From an uncultured Veillonellaceae bacterium (lineage in GTDB: Bacteria; Bacillota; Negativicutes; JARBTT01): a DNA stretch of 64,000 nt. The position numbers were made by a program, and so were the translations under genes. This document shows positions 48,941 to 64,000 of this stretch, piece after piece. The notes beneath the pieces were generated by a model. That model was not told the DNA's origin. It did no database searches and saw nothing but the letters and a program-made list of their open reading frames with translations. The DNA is taken from positions 608,001 to 672,000 of the forward strand of contig CAWDTA010000002.1 of the NCBI GenBank assembly GCA_963805085.1. Reading direction: 5' to 3'. How positions within the stretch are numbered: position 1 is the first letter of the stretch; the number at the start of each line of letters is the position of its first letter.

Positions 48941-49207
48941 ACTCTTAATAATATAGCTGATTTTTTTGGGGTATCAATTGATTACCTCCTCGGTAGAGAA
49001 AACCTATCTACAACCAGTGTTGCCCCCGCCTCGCAAATAACAGAATTATCACAAGAAGACCTTGCTCTTCTTGAAGTAGCCCGCCAATTAAAAAACCTCC
49101 CGGACACTGACCGGAAGGAGATCGAATCGTATATTCAATATAAAAAACACAGCAACAAAAATAACGTTCAAGCCGATGCAAAAAAAAATAAGAAATCTAC
49201 CGTGTAA
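48941..49207 (+). pseudogene. 5'-truncated XRE-family HTH regulator
   Basis: Frame reads TLNNIADFFGVSIDYLLGRE...KKSTV*; begins next to the TIR. Confidence 0.75.
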
Positions 49208-49526
49208 TGTCTTCATGAAAATGATTTAATAACGAATACATACTTTCCAAAATTAATAGCAGAAAAGCCACTACACGTCAAAAAATCCTTCCAGCAAAAC
49301 GCTAGAAGGATTAAAATTATTAGATTAGAACTTTGAACCCTCGACCCACGGCTTGGGAATGAATTATGTAAATTTTATATTATAATTTTATTTTTACATA
49401 ATCTATAAAATCAATAATTCAAGGGTTTACTTTTTTATAAATTCCACTAATTATTTTATTTCTAGTGTTTATTGTCCACCTTTTAACCACCTATCATAAT
49501 GATTAACAAAAGATGTAATATTATCC

Positions 49527-51372
49527 TTAATCACCAAAATCAATTTTTTCTTCTGCAGCATTGAAAATATCAATTCTATTTTCAACATCAATTTTATTAA
49601 CAAGCCATCCTCTGAGTAAACAATTTTTTATAAAATCATCAATTCGATTGACACCATCTATCTCTTTTAACGTTACTACAATACCAAACTTTATCCCTAC
49701 TCCATATTTTTCATCTAAACGTTCTTTTGTTTTTAAACTTACTCCCCAAATTTCTTTATCATAGCGCTTTTTCGCACGATTAACTTTTTTTGACACTTCC
49801 CTAATGTGCTTCACATTATCCCATTTTCTAAAATACTTTCTTGCATCTTCCTCCCACGTAAAATATTCAACTTCCGCACTTTGATAATTATTATCTATGG
49901 GCTTTATTCCCTTATCAGTTAACCTACCAAGTTGTATTTCAAGTTCCGTATTTGTATAATCAACCCCTTGGCTTCGAGAACAACAGGGGAAATAACATAA
50001 AGTTGCTTTTACAATAAAGGGATGTTTTTCCTTACTTATGGGCACAGGAATATTATAATTGTATGTATCATATTTTTCCGAAACACCCGATAAAACAAAT
50101 TGTATCTCATCATCTGGACAACGAACGATATCATCAATTTTCATTGGAACTATTCCGTGCCCAATAAGAGAAGAGTCAACTACTTGCTTATCCCAACCAG
50201 TTGCCGCATTTATTATTAGAGCTTTTGCCACTTCTCTGCTTAATCCTAGAATATTAATTAAATAAGACATTTTCCTTGCTATCCAGGGGGCTGCAAAAGA
50301 GGTTCCTCCTACAAACGCTTCACCAGTTGAAGTGCATACTCGCATAAGATTTGCTCCATCACCACCGTAATAACTGATATCAGGTTTTGTAAAAAATGAT
50401 AACACCGGACCTTTCCGAGTATAAGAGGCAGGGCGGTTATCAAAATTAACAGAATTAACAACCAGCGAATTTATAGAGTCAGCAGGTGCCCCTATAGCCT
50501 TAACTTGTTTTTCAGTAGAAACTTTATTAGTTCCGGCAATAATAAATGTTACATCACTTTCATACTGTATTCTATCCAATATTGCTGCTTCAGGCGAAAT
50601 GAAGTTTGGATTTATTTCAAGCTTAGATCCGAGAGATAAATTCCAAACTTTAATATCTTTGTTTGACGATATTATTTCATTAATATTTCTTAAAATTGTA
50701 AATGAACTAAACTGATTTCCGGCAGCAACACCAAAATGTCGTACGCGAAACCTACCACAACCATCATCCATATGAGGATTAGATGAAGGACCGTCTACTA
50801 TAATAGAGGATACCGCGGTTCCATGATTATAGTCGTTTGTTGATAACGAAATATCTTCGGGCAACATATTTTTAAATTCAACCCACTCAGAAAAGTATAC
50901 CTTTTCATCAAACATAGTATCAATTACACCGATTATAGGTTCATTCTTAGGGGAAGGAATAGCTATTACAGTATGATCACAAAAATCAAAATCAACTTTT
51001 GTTAGTTTTGTTATGTCACTAACTGCCATAGATATTAAATATGGAGCTTTTTGTTTTAAAAGAGCTAATTCATCAGGTCTTAATAAAATTGTCGTATCAT
51101 CCATTACTCTAGTAAACTGCAAACTGATACCTAACTTTTCCATGAGCTTTGTTGCCTTAACATCTGTTTTATATATAGTAATAATAGCTTCATCTTTTAA
51201 ATCTATATCATCAACTAATACATCAAATTTTTCAACATAAAAAGCATCTACTATTACCTTAAGAAAATTAGTTTTTGCAATCTTTGATGGGGTAAAGGCA
51301 ATTTGTTTTGAATTAATTTTCTCGATTATGTCATGGGTGATTGCCCCATTGAATTTTTTATTTAAGACTCTT
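49527..51372 (-). pseudogene. S8 subtilisin-like protease (IetS-like), N-terminus removed by the TIR junction
   Basis: IGVIDT, HGTAV, NLSLG, GTSFAAP triad; the ORF start lies inside the duplicated TIR end. Confidence 0.8.
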
Positions 51373-51388
51373 GGGGTCAAAGACTCTT

Positions 51389-51526
51389 AGGGTCAGGCTT
51401 GAGTTATATATAAAATTGACTTATTTTTCTTTAATTGTTGGTTAACTCTTGACAAACTCTTGTAATATTGGCTGGATCAATCTGTAGTACTTTGGCCAAC
51501 TGCGTCCTTGTCATTAGCTCTCTCTC
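51389..51526 (-). pseudogene. Short remnant of the TIR-Y1 element (TIR plus last codons)
   Basis: agggtcaggcttgagttatat followed by the RTQLAKVLQIDPANITR coding sequence. Confidence 0.85.
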
Positions 51527-51705
51527 ATGAACGCCTCTCCAGTTCCTTAATTATCTTGTCAAAATCCGACTCAAACTGTTGGTCCTGTATAACCCTATAT
51601 TTATTGTATTCACCTTCCGCCAGAGCTGCAGCTACCTGATGCGATATCTTTCCTGCATACTGCAAAACCTCATACTCGTTGAATTGAAGAAAGGCATCCA
51701 GATTA
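51525..51705 (-). pseudogene. RhuM-family protein, C-terminal fragment
   Basis: LDAFLQFNEYEVL..AGKISHQVA..LAE.EY.KYR..QD..FESDFD. Confidence 0.7.
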
Positions 51706-51744
51706 TAATATTCGAGCTTACGCGACACTTCCCGTTTCCCTTCA

Positions 51745-52490
51745 ATCAAAACCACCCGTCCAACGGGTGGTTTGAACTGAGGCTGTAAGCCTCTATTACT
51801 AGCCAGCGTCTAAAGGCGCTGGCTTTCACTTTGTTCAAGCCACTGTGGTTTTGTCATTTTTACTATCCCTCAAGGGATATTTGTACTATTTTACTTTTTA
51901 CCCTTAAAAGGGTCTTCATATTCTCTAACACTTAATTTATCTAGTGCCTGATCATGTTTTTCTTGCTCTTGTATATATTTTTTTATAGTGGCTTCATTCA
52001 ATCCTACTGTACTTACATAATATCCTTCTGCCCAAAAATGTCTGTTCCCATATTTATACTTTAGGTTACTATGCTTTTCGAATATCATCAGTGCACTTTT
52101 TCCTTTTAAGTATCCCATAAATGCAGATACACTAATTTTCGGTGGTATTGACACTAACATATGCACATGGTCTACCATCAAATGCCCCTCTAATATTTCT
52201 ACCCCCTTGTAACTACATAATCTCCTTAATATTTCCCCTATACTTTCTCTGTATTGCCCATATATTATTTTTCTTCTATACTTCGGCGTAAATACTATAT
52301 GATACTTGCACATCCATTTGGTATGTGCTAAACTTTGAGCCATAAACTCACCGATCCTTTCTTGTAATAGTGGCCTGAACACCCTCTATTATAAGAATCC
52401 GGTGAGTTTTTGTATAACTTCTGTCGCGCACCTGCATAGCAGGTGGTTTTTTGTTTCGTTCGCTTCGCTACCTCAACAGACTAAAGTCTA
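51745..52490 (-). mobile_element. IS200/IS605-family element (tnpA only)
   Basis: Subterminal hairpins aaccacccgt-cca-acgggtggtt and cacctgc-ata-gcaggtg; ends approximate. Confidence 0.8.
51891..52343 (-). CDS. tnpA: IS200/IS605 transposase TnpA
   Basis: CKYHIVFTPKYRRK, DHVH, LKGKS, FWAEGYYVSTVG, YIQEQ. Confidence 0.96.
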   Translation of the reverse strand: MAQSLAHTKWMCKYHIVFTPKYRRKIIYGQYRESIGEILRRLCSYKGVEILEGHLMVDHVHMLVSIPPKISVSAFMGYLKGKSALMIFEKHSNLKYKYGNRHFWAEGYYVSTVGLNEATIKKYIQEQEKHDQALDKLSVREYEDPFKGKK

Positions 52491-52658
52491 AATTTGAACT
52501 GTCAAAATTTCTTTGACAGTTGCTTCTCGATCCAATTCATTCTCTTTATAAATGTTCTGTAAATGATAGCTGATACTTTGTTTGCTCGTACCAAACAGTT
52601 CTGCCATGCGATTCATAGCCCATGGTAGCCTATGGGGTCATAGCCTATGGTAGCCCTC

Positions 52659-53643
52659 GGGGTCAGGCTTGAGTTATATGTAAAGTTGACTTATTCTTCT
52701 TTACTCTTTAATTGCTGGTTAACTCTTGACAAATTCTTGTAATATTGGCTGGATCAATCTGCAGTACATTGGCTAACTGCGTCCTTGTCATTAGCTCCCT
52801 CTCAAGCGCTTCATAAATCAATCGTTTTCTAGCTGCTACTACCTTCCGTATCCGGCACTTCCCTACCAACTTCTCTTGACTTATTTCTTCCTCTACAGTA
52901 ATCTTCTCTACGAGCTGTTCCCATGTTAACTTCGTTCGGCTTTGTTCCATTTCTGCTTGTAATAGAGTATTTTGAGTCTCTTTCCCTTGTTCGTTTTCAA
53001 CGCTATATTCAAGCTTATCAATGGCAGCCCCTACTAAAATCAGATACTGTACCCTTGCCTCCTCAGGATTAGTACTCAATGTATTTAATATAAATTCTAC
53101 ATTTACTAATCCCGGCGTTCTTCTAACATACGACAGATGACTGCTCCACCTATAGTCCACTCCCTCCAGCATGCTTGCCCGTACTGGATTTTGATGAATA
53201 TAACATATAAGAGCCATTAGATAACTCTCTTTCTCACAGATAAAGGCCTTGTAGCGTTGTTCAAATACATGTCCGCTATGTTTCTGATGCCAATTATAAT
53301 GTTGCGTGTACCTCTGTTGAATGCCTTGCATAATTTTTGCCAATGGATCTTTTCCTACTTGAAGTAGTAAGTGGACATGATTGTCCATAATCACATAAGC
53401 GTACAATTGAAAGTCATATCGCTTTTTATAGTCGGCTAAGATCTCTAGATATTTGCCTTTTTCTTCCTCTGTTTCAAATACACATTCCCTATTATTTCCT
53501 CTGGCTATTACGTGATAGATTGCACCTTCATAGTGTACCCTTGGTCTTCTTGCCATCCTTCTCACCTACCAATCTTACTTGATTTCAAGCTTAGCAGGTC
53601 TTTTACCATAAGTCAATTTTTCATATAACTCAAGCCTGACCCC
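52659..53643 (-). mobile_element. Complete TIR-flanked Y1 transposase element, 985 bp
   Basis: Same TIRs at both ends. Confidence 0.9.
52708..53556 (-). CDS. Y1 HUH transposase (RAYT/TIRYT-like)
   Basis: NHVH and YIHQNP motifs; near-identical to the other copies. Confidence 0.92.
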   Translation of the reverse strand: MARRPRVHYEGAIYHVIARGNNRECVFETEEEKGKYLEILADYKKRYDFQLYAYVIMDNHVHLLLQVGKDPLAKIMQGIQQRYTQHYNWHQKHSGHVFEQRYKAFICEKESYLMALICYIHQNPVRASMLEGVDYRWSSHLSYVRRTPGLVNVEFILNTLSTNPEEARVQYLILVGAAIDKLEYSVENEQGKETQNTLLQAEMEQSRTKLTWEQLVEKITVEEEISQEKLVGKCRIRKVVAARKRLIYEALERELMTRTQLANVLQIDPANITRICQELTSN

Positions 53644-53651
53644 AATAGTTT

Positions 53652-54122
53652 TTATTTTATCTCAATCGCAAGTATAGGGCCCATATTGTCTACCAAGTTT
53701 TTTTTGATTATTTTGACCTTTTCATCCATATTTGTAATAACCATCATCGTCGTAAGTGGTTTTTCTTGAGCTACAATATAATCTCGATCAAAGGTAATCA
53801 ATGGATCTCCCTTTTTCACCATATCATTTTCCTTAACATGTGCTGTAAAACCTTGACCTTGGAGGTCTACTGTATCAAGTCCAATGTGAATTAGAATCTG
53901 AACTCCTTGGCTTTCTATAGCTACAGCATGTTTTGTTGCTGCCACTAATGCCACAGTTCCATCACAAGGAGCAACTACAACATCCGTTTCTGGTTCAATA
54001 GCAAATCCATCTCCCATCATCTTAGAGGAAAAGACTTGATCAGGAACTTCGGTGATATCAATAATTTTTCCAGCAATCGGTGCATAGGTTTCTAGCTCTT
54101 TCTTATTAAAAAATCCAAACAT
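53652..54122 (-). CDS. PTS glucose-family EIIA component
   Basis: VPDQVFSSKMMGDGFAI, TKHA, IHIGLDTV. Confidence 0.93.
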   Translation of the reverse strand: MFGFFNKKELETYAPIAGKIIDITEVPDQVFSSKMMGDGFAIEPETDVVVAPCDGTVALVAATKHAVAIESQGVQILIHIGLDTVDLQGQGFTAHVKENDMVKKGDPLITFDRDYIVAQEKPLTTMMVITNMDEKVKIIKKNLVDNMGPILAIEIK

Positions 54123-54162
54123 GCTCTACACTCACTTTCTTCTTTACCTATTCATTTATATT

Positions 54163-55308
54163 CTAACTTGGTCTTCTTTGATAGACTTTCTTCCCTTTTA
54201 CTATAGTAGTGAAAATTTCGATTGTATCATCAAACAAAACAAGATCGGCTTGTTTACCACTTTCAATACTTCCTTTAAGATCGTAAATACCTAACTCCTT
54301 AGCTGGATTTACGGTTACGAGTTTAATGACTTCGGGCAAAGGAGCTCCCGTATTATATTGAAACTTGCGAATAGCTTCATTCATCGTAAGTACACTCCCC
54401 GCAATCGTACCATCACGAAGTTTTGCTACTTGATCTTTAACGATGACCACCTGTCCGCCCAGTTCAGATTCACCATCTGGCAACATACAAGCACGCATAG
54501 AATCCGTAATTAAAATCAGATGGTCACTCCCTTTTATTTTATAAACAAGTCGCTGCATTGCCGGATGAACATGTACATTATCAGCAATGAGCTCACAATT
54601 CACGTCTGTATCAAGCGCCGCGCCAACAACACTCGGTTTACGATGGTGAAATGGCTGCATTCCGTTAAAAAGATGCGTAATCTGGGCAGCGCCAGCAGAA
54701 ATAGCCTGCATAGCTTCATCATAGGTTGCTGAACTATGACCTATTGAAACCACGATATTACGTTTTTTACATTCTTCTACAAAGTCATGATTACTCATTA
54801 ACTCTGGAGCAATCGTCACTATTTTTATAATATCCTGATAGGGTTCTAACCACGAAAAATCTGGCGCAATAATGTGCTTCGGACTCTGCGCCCCTTTATA
54901 TTCTTCACTAATAAAAGGTCCTTCGACATGACAACCGATAATCTGAGCGCCACCCTCGATCTTCATTGCTGCCCGAATCTGCTCGAAGCTACGATAAATC
55001 GTCGGAAAATCATACGTCATTGTCGTCGGTAAAAACGAAGTAACACCGGACTTTGCCATACTTTGCCGAATAACGGCCAATGCTTCAGGAGTATCATCCA
55101 TCGTATCGTAACCACTGCACCCATGAATATGAAGATTAATAAAGCCCGCTGCAACATATTTTCCTTGCGCATCCAAAATGATATCTCCATCCTTGGCTTG
55201 AAAAATAGCTCTGGGTATGATTTGTTCGATAGTTTCATCATATAAAATAACCTGATCGGTTAAAATTGTATCTTTTAAAATAATCTTGCCATTAATAATT
55301 GCCTTCAT
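54163..55308 (-). CDS. nagA: N-acetylglucosamine-6-phosphate deacetylase
   Basis: HIHG, HVEGPF, GHS, THLFNGM, ITDSM, IAGS. Confidence 0.96.
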   Translation of the reverse strand: MKAIINGKIILKDTILTDQVILYDETIEQIIPRAIFQAKDGDIILDAQGKYVAAGFINLHIHGCSGYDTMDDTPEALAVIRQSMAKSGVTSFLPTTMTYDFPTIYRSFEQIRAAMKIEGGAQIIGCHVEGPFISEEYKGAQSPKHIIAPDFSWLEPYQDIIKIVTIAPELMSNHDFVEECKKRNIVVSIGHSSATYDEAMQAISAGAAQITHLFNGMQPFHHRKPSVVGAALDTDVNCELIADNVHVHPAMQRLVYKIKGSDHLILITDSMRACMLPDGESELGGQVVIVKDQVAKLRDGTIAGSVLTMNEAIRKFQYNTGAPLPEVIKLVTVNPAKELGIYDLKGSIESGKQADLVLFDDTIEIFTTIVKGKKVYQRRPS

Positions 55309-55404
55309 CGCTCTCACCTCCCTAACATTATTTTACCATACAAGTAAAGGAATGGCGCCCTGACAAATTTTTGTCGCCGCCCATTCCCTTATTGTAATGT
55401 AGAT

Positions 55405-55475
55405 ACATTGGTAGTTTAATATCATAAAAACGATTGTATAAGATTCCGGCTTCAATACCACTGATGATACGACTT
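55405..55475 (-). pseudogene. Small internal remnant of a PTS EIIC (NagE-like)
   Basis: IISGIEAGILYNRFYDIKLP.YL resembles the Glc/GlcNAc EIIC motif. Confidence 0.6.
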
Positions 55476-55478
55476 TGT

Positions 55479-56222
55479 TTAGTGGAAGTTTTTTTCAGGT
55501 AATAACGCCGCGGCTTCTTTATCGACAATGATAAGCACATCTTGATGCAATTGCAGAATAGATGCCGGAGCATCAGGTCGAACACCGCCATAAATTGCCT
55601 TATAAATTGCTTCCGCTTTATTTTTCCCATTTGCCAATAAAATCACTTTTTTAGCAAGCATAATTGTTTTAATTCCCATACTGATTGCATATCTCGGTAC
55701 ATCTTTACGGTCGGAAAAAAACCTTGCATTTGCCTCAATGGTTTCCTCATCTAGTTTTACCTTATGTGTCGTCGCTTCAAATTTAATATCCGGCTCATTA
55801 AAACCGATATGAGCATTTTGTCCAACTCCTAATATTTGTAAGTCAATACCACCCTTTGACTCAATAAGTTTATCATAATGTTTGCATTCTTTGTCCAAGT
55901 TATCTGGTTTACCGTTTGGAATAAAAATATTTTCTGGCTTAATATTGATCTTATCAAAGAAATTTTCATGCATAAAATAATGATAACTTTGTGGATTCTC
56001 TGGTTCTAATCCCAAATATTCATCCAGATTAAAACTGATCGCCTCTGAAAAATCCAAACCAATTTGTTCATGCACCTGAACAAGTTTTTGATACATCAAA
56101 AGAGGTGTACTCCCGGTAGCTAAACCAAGTACACTATTTGGTTTTAAATACAATTGCCCAGCAACGATTCTGGCAGCAGCAGTACTCATTTCTTCATAAG
56201 ATTCTGTCACAATAATACGCAT
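55479..56222 (-). CDS. nagB: Glucosamine-6-phosphate deaminase
   Basis: LGLATGSTP, FNLDEY, HIGFNEP, SMGI. Confidence 0.97.
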   Translation of the reverse strand: MRIIVTESYEEMSTAAARIVAGQLYLKPNSVLGLATGSTPLLMYQKLVQVHEQIGLDFSEAISFNLDEYLGLEPENPQSYHYFMHENFFDKINIKPENIFIPNGKPDNLDKECKHYDKLIESKGGIDLQILGVGQNAHIGFNEPDIKFEATTHKVKLDEETIEANARFFSDRKDVPRYAISMGIKTIMLAKKVILLANGKNKAEAIYKAIYGGVRPDAPASILQLHQDVLIIVDKEAAALLPEKNFH

Positions 56223-56235
56223 TTTTTAACCCCCA

Positions 56236-57078
56236 TTAACGTAATAATTCAATAGCCTGTGTGGTAAGACATTTCTTTTGTTCAGCACGCTTGGGCATTT
56301 GCTTTACCACTTGTGTATAGACCAAATCCATAATAAAAAGTTGCGCTAACTTCGCCGAAATTGATCCTGTTTCAAGCAAAGTTTCTCGTGCCGCATAGGC
56401 AAGATGTAAATCAGATATAACTTTTAAACGTGAATTTTGATTTGATGTAATGGAAATAATTTTTGCTCCATTTCTTTTTGCTAACTCTACCGTTTTAAGA
56501 ATTTCTATCGTATCCCCTGAATGAGAAATAGCCACAATTACATCTTCTTTCTGGACAAGCGATGCCATCATAATCATGCGATGACTATTATCAAAACTGT
56601 TGCAATCGAGTCCGATCCGACAAAATTTATATGCCGAATCCTGTGCCATAAAACCAGAGTTACCAATACCAATAAAATAAATGCGCCTTGCTGCCATTAA
56701 GACATTAGCACTGTCTTGAATATCCTCATTTTTTAAAGAATCCAAAGTCTTTTCGAGTGTACCAATATTCGCATCTAAAAGCTTTCGTGCCGTAACAAGT
56801 GCGGTCTCGTCACTTTCAATATTGCGATTAATAATATAACGCCGACTAGCATTCATCGAATCTTGTGCTAAGGCCACTTTAAAATCCGGTAAATTTGCAA
56901 ATCCCATTTTTTTTACAAAGCGTGTAATCGTCGATTCACCAATCCCACTTTCTTTTGCTAGCTGTGAAATGGGTGTATGAGATACTTTTTCTATATTTTG
57001 TTTAATATATTCCATTAAAATTCTATCTGATTTGGATGCCTTAAAATCAGGAAGTTCTAACTTTTCCACTATACTCAT
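56236..57078 (-). CDS. RpiR/MurR-family regulator (HTH-SIS)
   Basis: STITRFVKKMGF HTH; ISHSG SIS domain. Confidence 0.93.
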   Translation of the reverse strand: MSIVEKLELPDFKASKSDRILMEYIKQNIEKVSHTPISQLAKESGIGESTITRFVKKMGFANLPDFKVALAQDSMNASRRYIINRNIESDETALVTARKLLDANIGTLEKTLDSLKNEDIQDSANVLMAARRIYFIGIGNSGFMAQDSAYKFCRIGLDCNSFDNSHRMIMMASLVQKEDVIVAISHSGDTIEILKTVELAKRNGAKIISITSNQNSRLKVISDLHLAYAARETLLETGSISAKLAQLFIMDLVYTQVVKQMPKRAEQKKCLTTQAIELLR

Positions 57079-57126
57079 ACCAAAATCCTCTTATTACATA
57101 AAAGCTCCATCCAAGCAGCTATTTAT

Positions 57127-57329
57127 TTAATCTTCTCTAAAAAATCTCTTCAATTTCATTTTTTATAATCGTAACCTACGTTCCATAAGTAACTTGAACC
57201 CCACTACCACTTTGCAAAACACCACGTGCGCCACTTTCTTTTAGAATATTTCCTTTGACTTTAACACTTGCCAAAACGTTGTGCTTTTTCAAAAAAAGTA
57301 CTATTGCCCGCTGACTCAAAAATACTCAT
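57127..57329 (-). pseudogene. PTS EIICB gene collapsed by internal deletion
   Basis: RBS plus MSIFESAGNSTFFEKAQRFGK joined to LKESGARGVLQSGSGVQVTYGT*VTIIKNEIEE. Confidence 0.75.
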
Positions 57330-57392
57330 TCTGCCTACCTCACTTTTTATATTTAGAATGCACGACTTATATACTAAATTATTAAAAGCCAC

Positions 57393-58061
57393 TTAAAATT
57401 TTAATACAGCAGCAAATTTTCGAGTTATCAATTGCGGTCTAGTGATAGCCGAACCCACAATCGCTGCATAAGCCCCTGCCTCATAGACTTTTTTTAAATC
57501 TTCCGGTGTATTGATTTTGCCTTCACCCACTACTGGTATACGTAAGTCCCTTACCAATTTCTGAATTAAAATAAAATCGGGTCCCAACAACTGCTGCGAA
57601 TAATCCGTATAACCAGCCATAGTAGTTGATACCGCATCAGCACCATATTTTTCCGCCTGCACAGCTTCCTTATAGGTAGAAATATCCGCTAAAACCTCAA
57701 CGTGATGCGCCTTGATTCGCTCAATTAAAGTTTGGATATGTTCTCCCTGTGGACGTGTACGGTCGGTCATATCCAACGCAATCATTTCACAGCCTGTCGT
57801 TAAAAGTTCGTCTACTTCACGTAACGTCGGTGTAATATAAATCGCCGAATCTGGATAATTTCGTTTAATTAAGCCAATCACTGGTAGTCCTGTCACTTTT
57901 TTAATCTCAATAATATCCTCAACACCCTGCGCTCTAATACCAGCGGCCCCACCTTCTTGAGCCGCTTTTGCCATACGCCCCATAATAAAAGAGCTATGTA
58001 AAGGCTCATCCGGCAATGCTTGACACGATACAATTAATTTCCCCTTCATCTGTGCTAACAA
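57393..58061 (-). CDS. nanE: N-acetylmannosamine-6-phosphate 2-epimerase
   Basis: LIVSCQAL.DEPLH, GLIKRNY, YITPT, EGKI, VGSAITRP; TTG start. Confidence 0.96.
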   Translation of the reverse strand: MLAQMKGKLIVSCQALPDEPLHSSFIMGRMAKAAQEGGAAGIRAQGVEDIIEIKKVTGLPVIGLIKRNYPDSAIYITPTLREVDELLTTGCEMIALDMTDRTRPQGEHIQTLIERIKAHHVEVLADISTYKEAVQAEKYGADAVSTTMAGYTDYSQQLLGPDFILIQKLVRDLRIPVVGEGKINTPEDLKKVYEAGAYAAIVGSAITRPQLITRKFAAVLKF

Positions 58062-58406
58062 ATAACCACCCCTTTCCTTTATAAACTTTATTTCAATGAT
58101 ACCATTATATAATATTATTTGCAATATTTTTTCATTTTCATTGTTTTTATTTAGTAAAAATCGTTAAAAAATTTATTTATGGTACTTTATTTCATTTATA
58201 AGATATTCAATGTAATGATTTTTCAAAGTTATAAGCTACTAATACCGTCCAATTTAATTGAAGATTAAAAAACACTGTAGAGATGTGAGGATCACCGTGC
58301 CTGTTAAGATTGGCACCGATAGCGTCATTGTCCAAGATTGATCGATCAATCATATAATTTTTTGCACACGAAAAAAGCACCCACAAATGTGAGTGCCTTT
58401 CATCTA

Positions 58407-58522
58407 ACCAGCAACTACCTACTTTCCCAGGGCGTTTCCACCCAAGTATCATCGGCGTGTATAGGCTTAACTACTGTGTTCGGTATGGGAACAGGTGGTA
58501 CCCTATAGCTATCATCACTGGA
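58407..58522 (-). rRNA. rrf: 5S rRNA
   Basis: Near-identical to 1326-1441. Confidence 0.95.
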
Positions 58523-58630
58523 TCTTTCAGAGATATTCTCTGAAAACTAAACAGAAGTTTTATTATTGTATTCTTTGCATTTTAGTTATCTTTTATTTAT
58601 CTAGACATGCTTGCATGTCTGGCTTTTTTT

Positions 58631-61564
<2,934 letters not shown>

Positions 61565-61711
61565 ATCGTACTCTTCGAACACGTCTATAAACGCACATTT
61601 GCTTCGTTGCTCCTCGGTAAAATCACTCGACGTAATTTTCATTACGACTCGCGCTTTTCCCTGCGGTGCGCCTTGCAACTGTACATTTCTAGTCTGTTCT
61701 AGTTTTGTACT
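61565..61711. repeat. Hairpin element in the pre-23S spacer (variant of 4485-4630)
   Basis: Nested IRs; shared cttcgttg...cgtaat/attacg...cgccttgca core. Confidence 0.6.
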
Positions 61712-61987
61712 AAAATCAAATAGCCATTAAGTTATACTTAAATGCTTAATTTAATCTTTTTGAATCCTAAAATGCTCGTTAATTTACTCTCACTTCTGAG
61801 AGGTACTTTAAAACTTAAAATACATTTTATTTTCTTCTGTGTAGTTTTCAAAGAACATAAGCAGAGAACTAAAAGCTTCTGCTTTTTGAGTTCATACTTT
61901 CGTATTCCCTCAAAACTAAACAATGTAAATGAATTAATTAGATGTGTCGACCTCGGATTACGAAAGTACATTTAAACCTTCATATCT

Positions 61988-63550
<1,563 letters not shown>

Positions 63551-64000
63551 TTTATTAGAAAGCCTAAAAGGCTCTTTAAATTCTTTGTTTCTTTATAATA
63601 AAGAAATTGACTCGCGATTCAAGAACCGCGACGCAGCATCTCTGCTGCTAGTACTGACAGTTCACGAAGAACTGTGCAGTGCACATCTGGCATTAATTTT
63701 TTCTACATTGTTTAGTTTTCAGAGAACACTTGCTAACGTCTTGCGTTGTCAGCTCATTTATATTAACACAACGTTCAAGTTGTTGTCAACACATTTTTTA
63801 AATTCTTTTTTAAGAAGAGTTTCATTTGTCGTCCGCATATCTCGTTGGCGACTTGTATTATATTACACTGTTTCTTTTGTTATGTCAACACTTTTTATAA
63901 AAAACTTAAACAGTTTGAATCATACTTACTTTCTCCACTTACAAACTTCACTATTAGCATGTTAAACTTCCTCTTAAAAAGAGCAAGTAGCTGTTACACC

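Noticed and set aside
51745-52490. TnpB/IscB RNA-guided nuclease with the IS200 element
   Set aside because: No second ORF; tnpA only.
55328-55630. 100-aa ORF overlapping nagB
   Set aside because: Alternative-frame overlap; only a short EIIC-like remnant is meaningful.

Overview
A 64-kb chromosomal window from a diderm Firmicute, most likely Negativicutes (SLH-anchored OmpM-like porins, MqnE, Sporomusa/Pelosinus-type 16S). It lies between two minus-strand rRNA operons. The left part holds transport, metabolic and peptidoglycan-recycling genes (dcuC-like, LysR, purB-like, MCP, porin-murP-mupG-kinase-murQ). The region at about 24.9-53.6 kb is a heavily rearranged accessory island, cut into cargo blocks by six co-oriented copies (3 full, 3 truncated) of an HUH/Y1 transposase element with 36-bp GGGGTCAG terminal inverted repeats (TIRYT-like). 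Cargo includes a sce7726-sce7725-RES trio, a type I toxin-antitoxin locus, nested degenerate group II introns, an araB-araA-araE block, a truncated S8 protease, IS256 and IS200. The most notable cargo is an 8-gene flavin-like biosynthetic cluster: BKACE, RibA, two methyltransferases, GGT, an active-site-altered RibH, an archaeal-type riboflavin synthase and a GT2. The right part is a nanE/nag cluster whose PTS permease genes survive only as fragments. All family assignments are from motif recognition; no database search was run.
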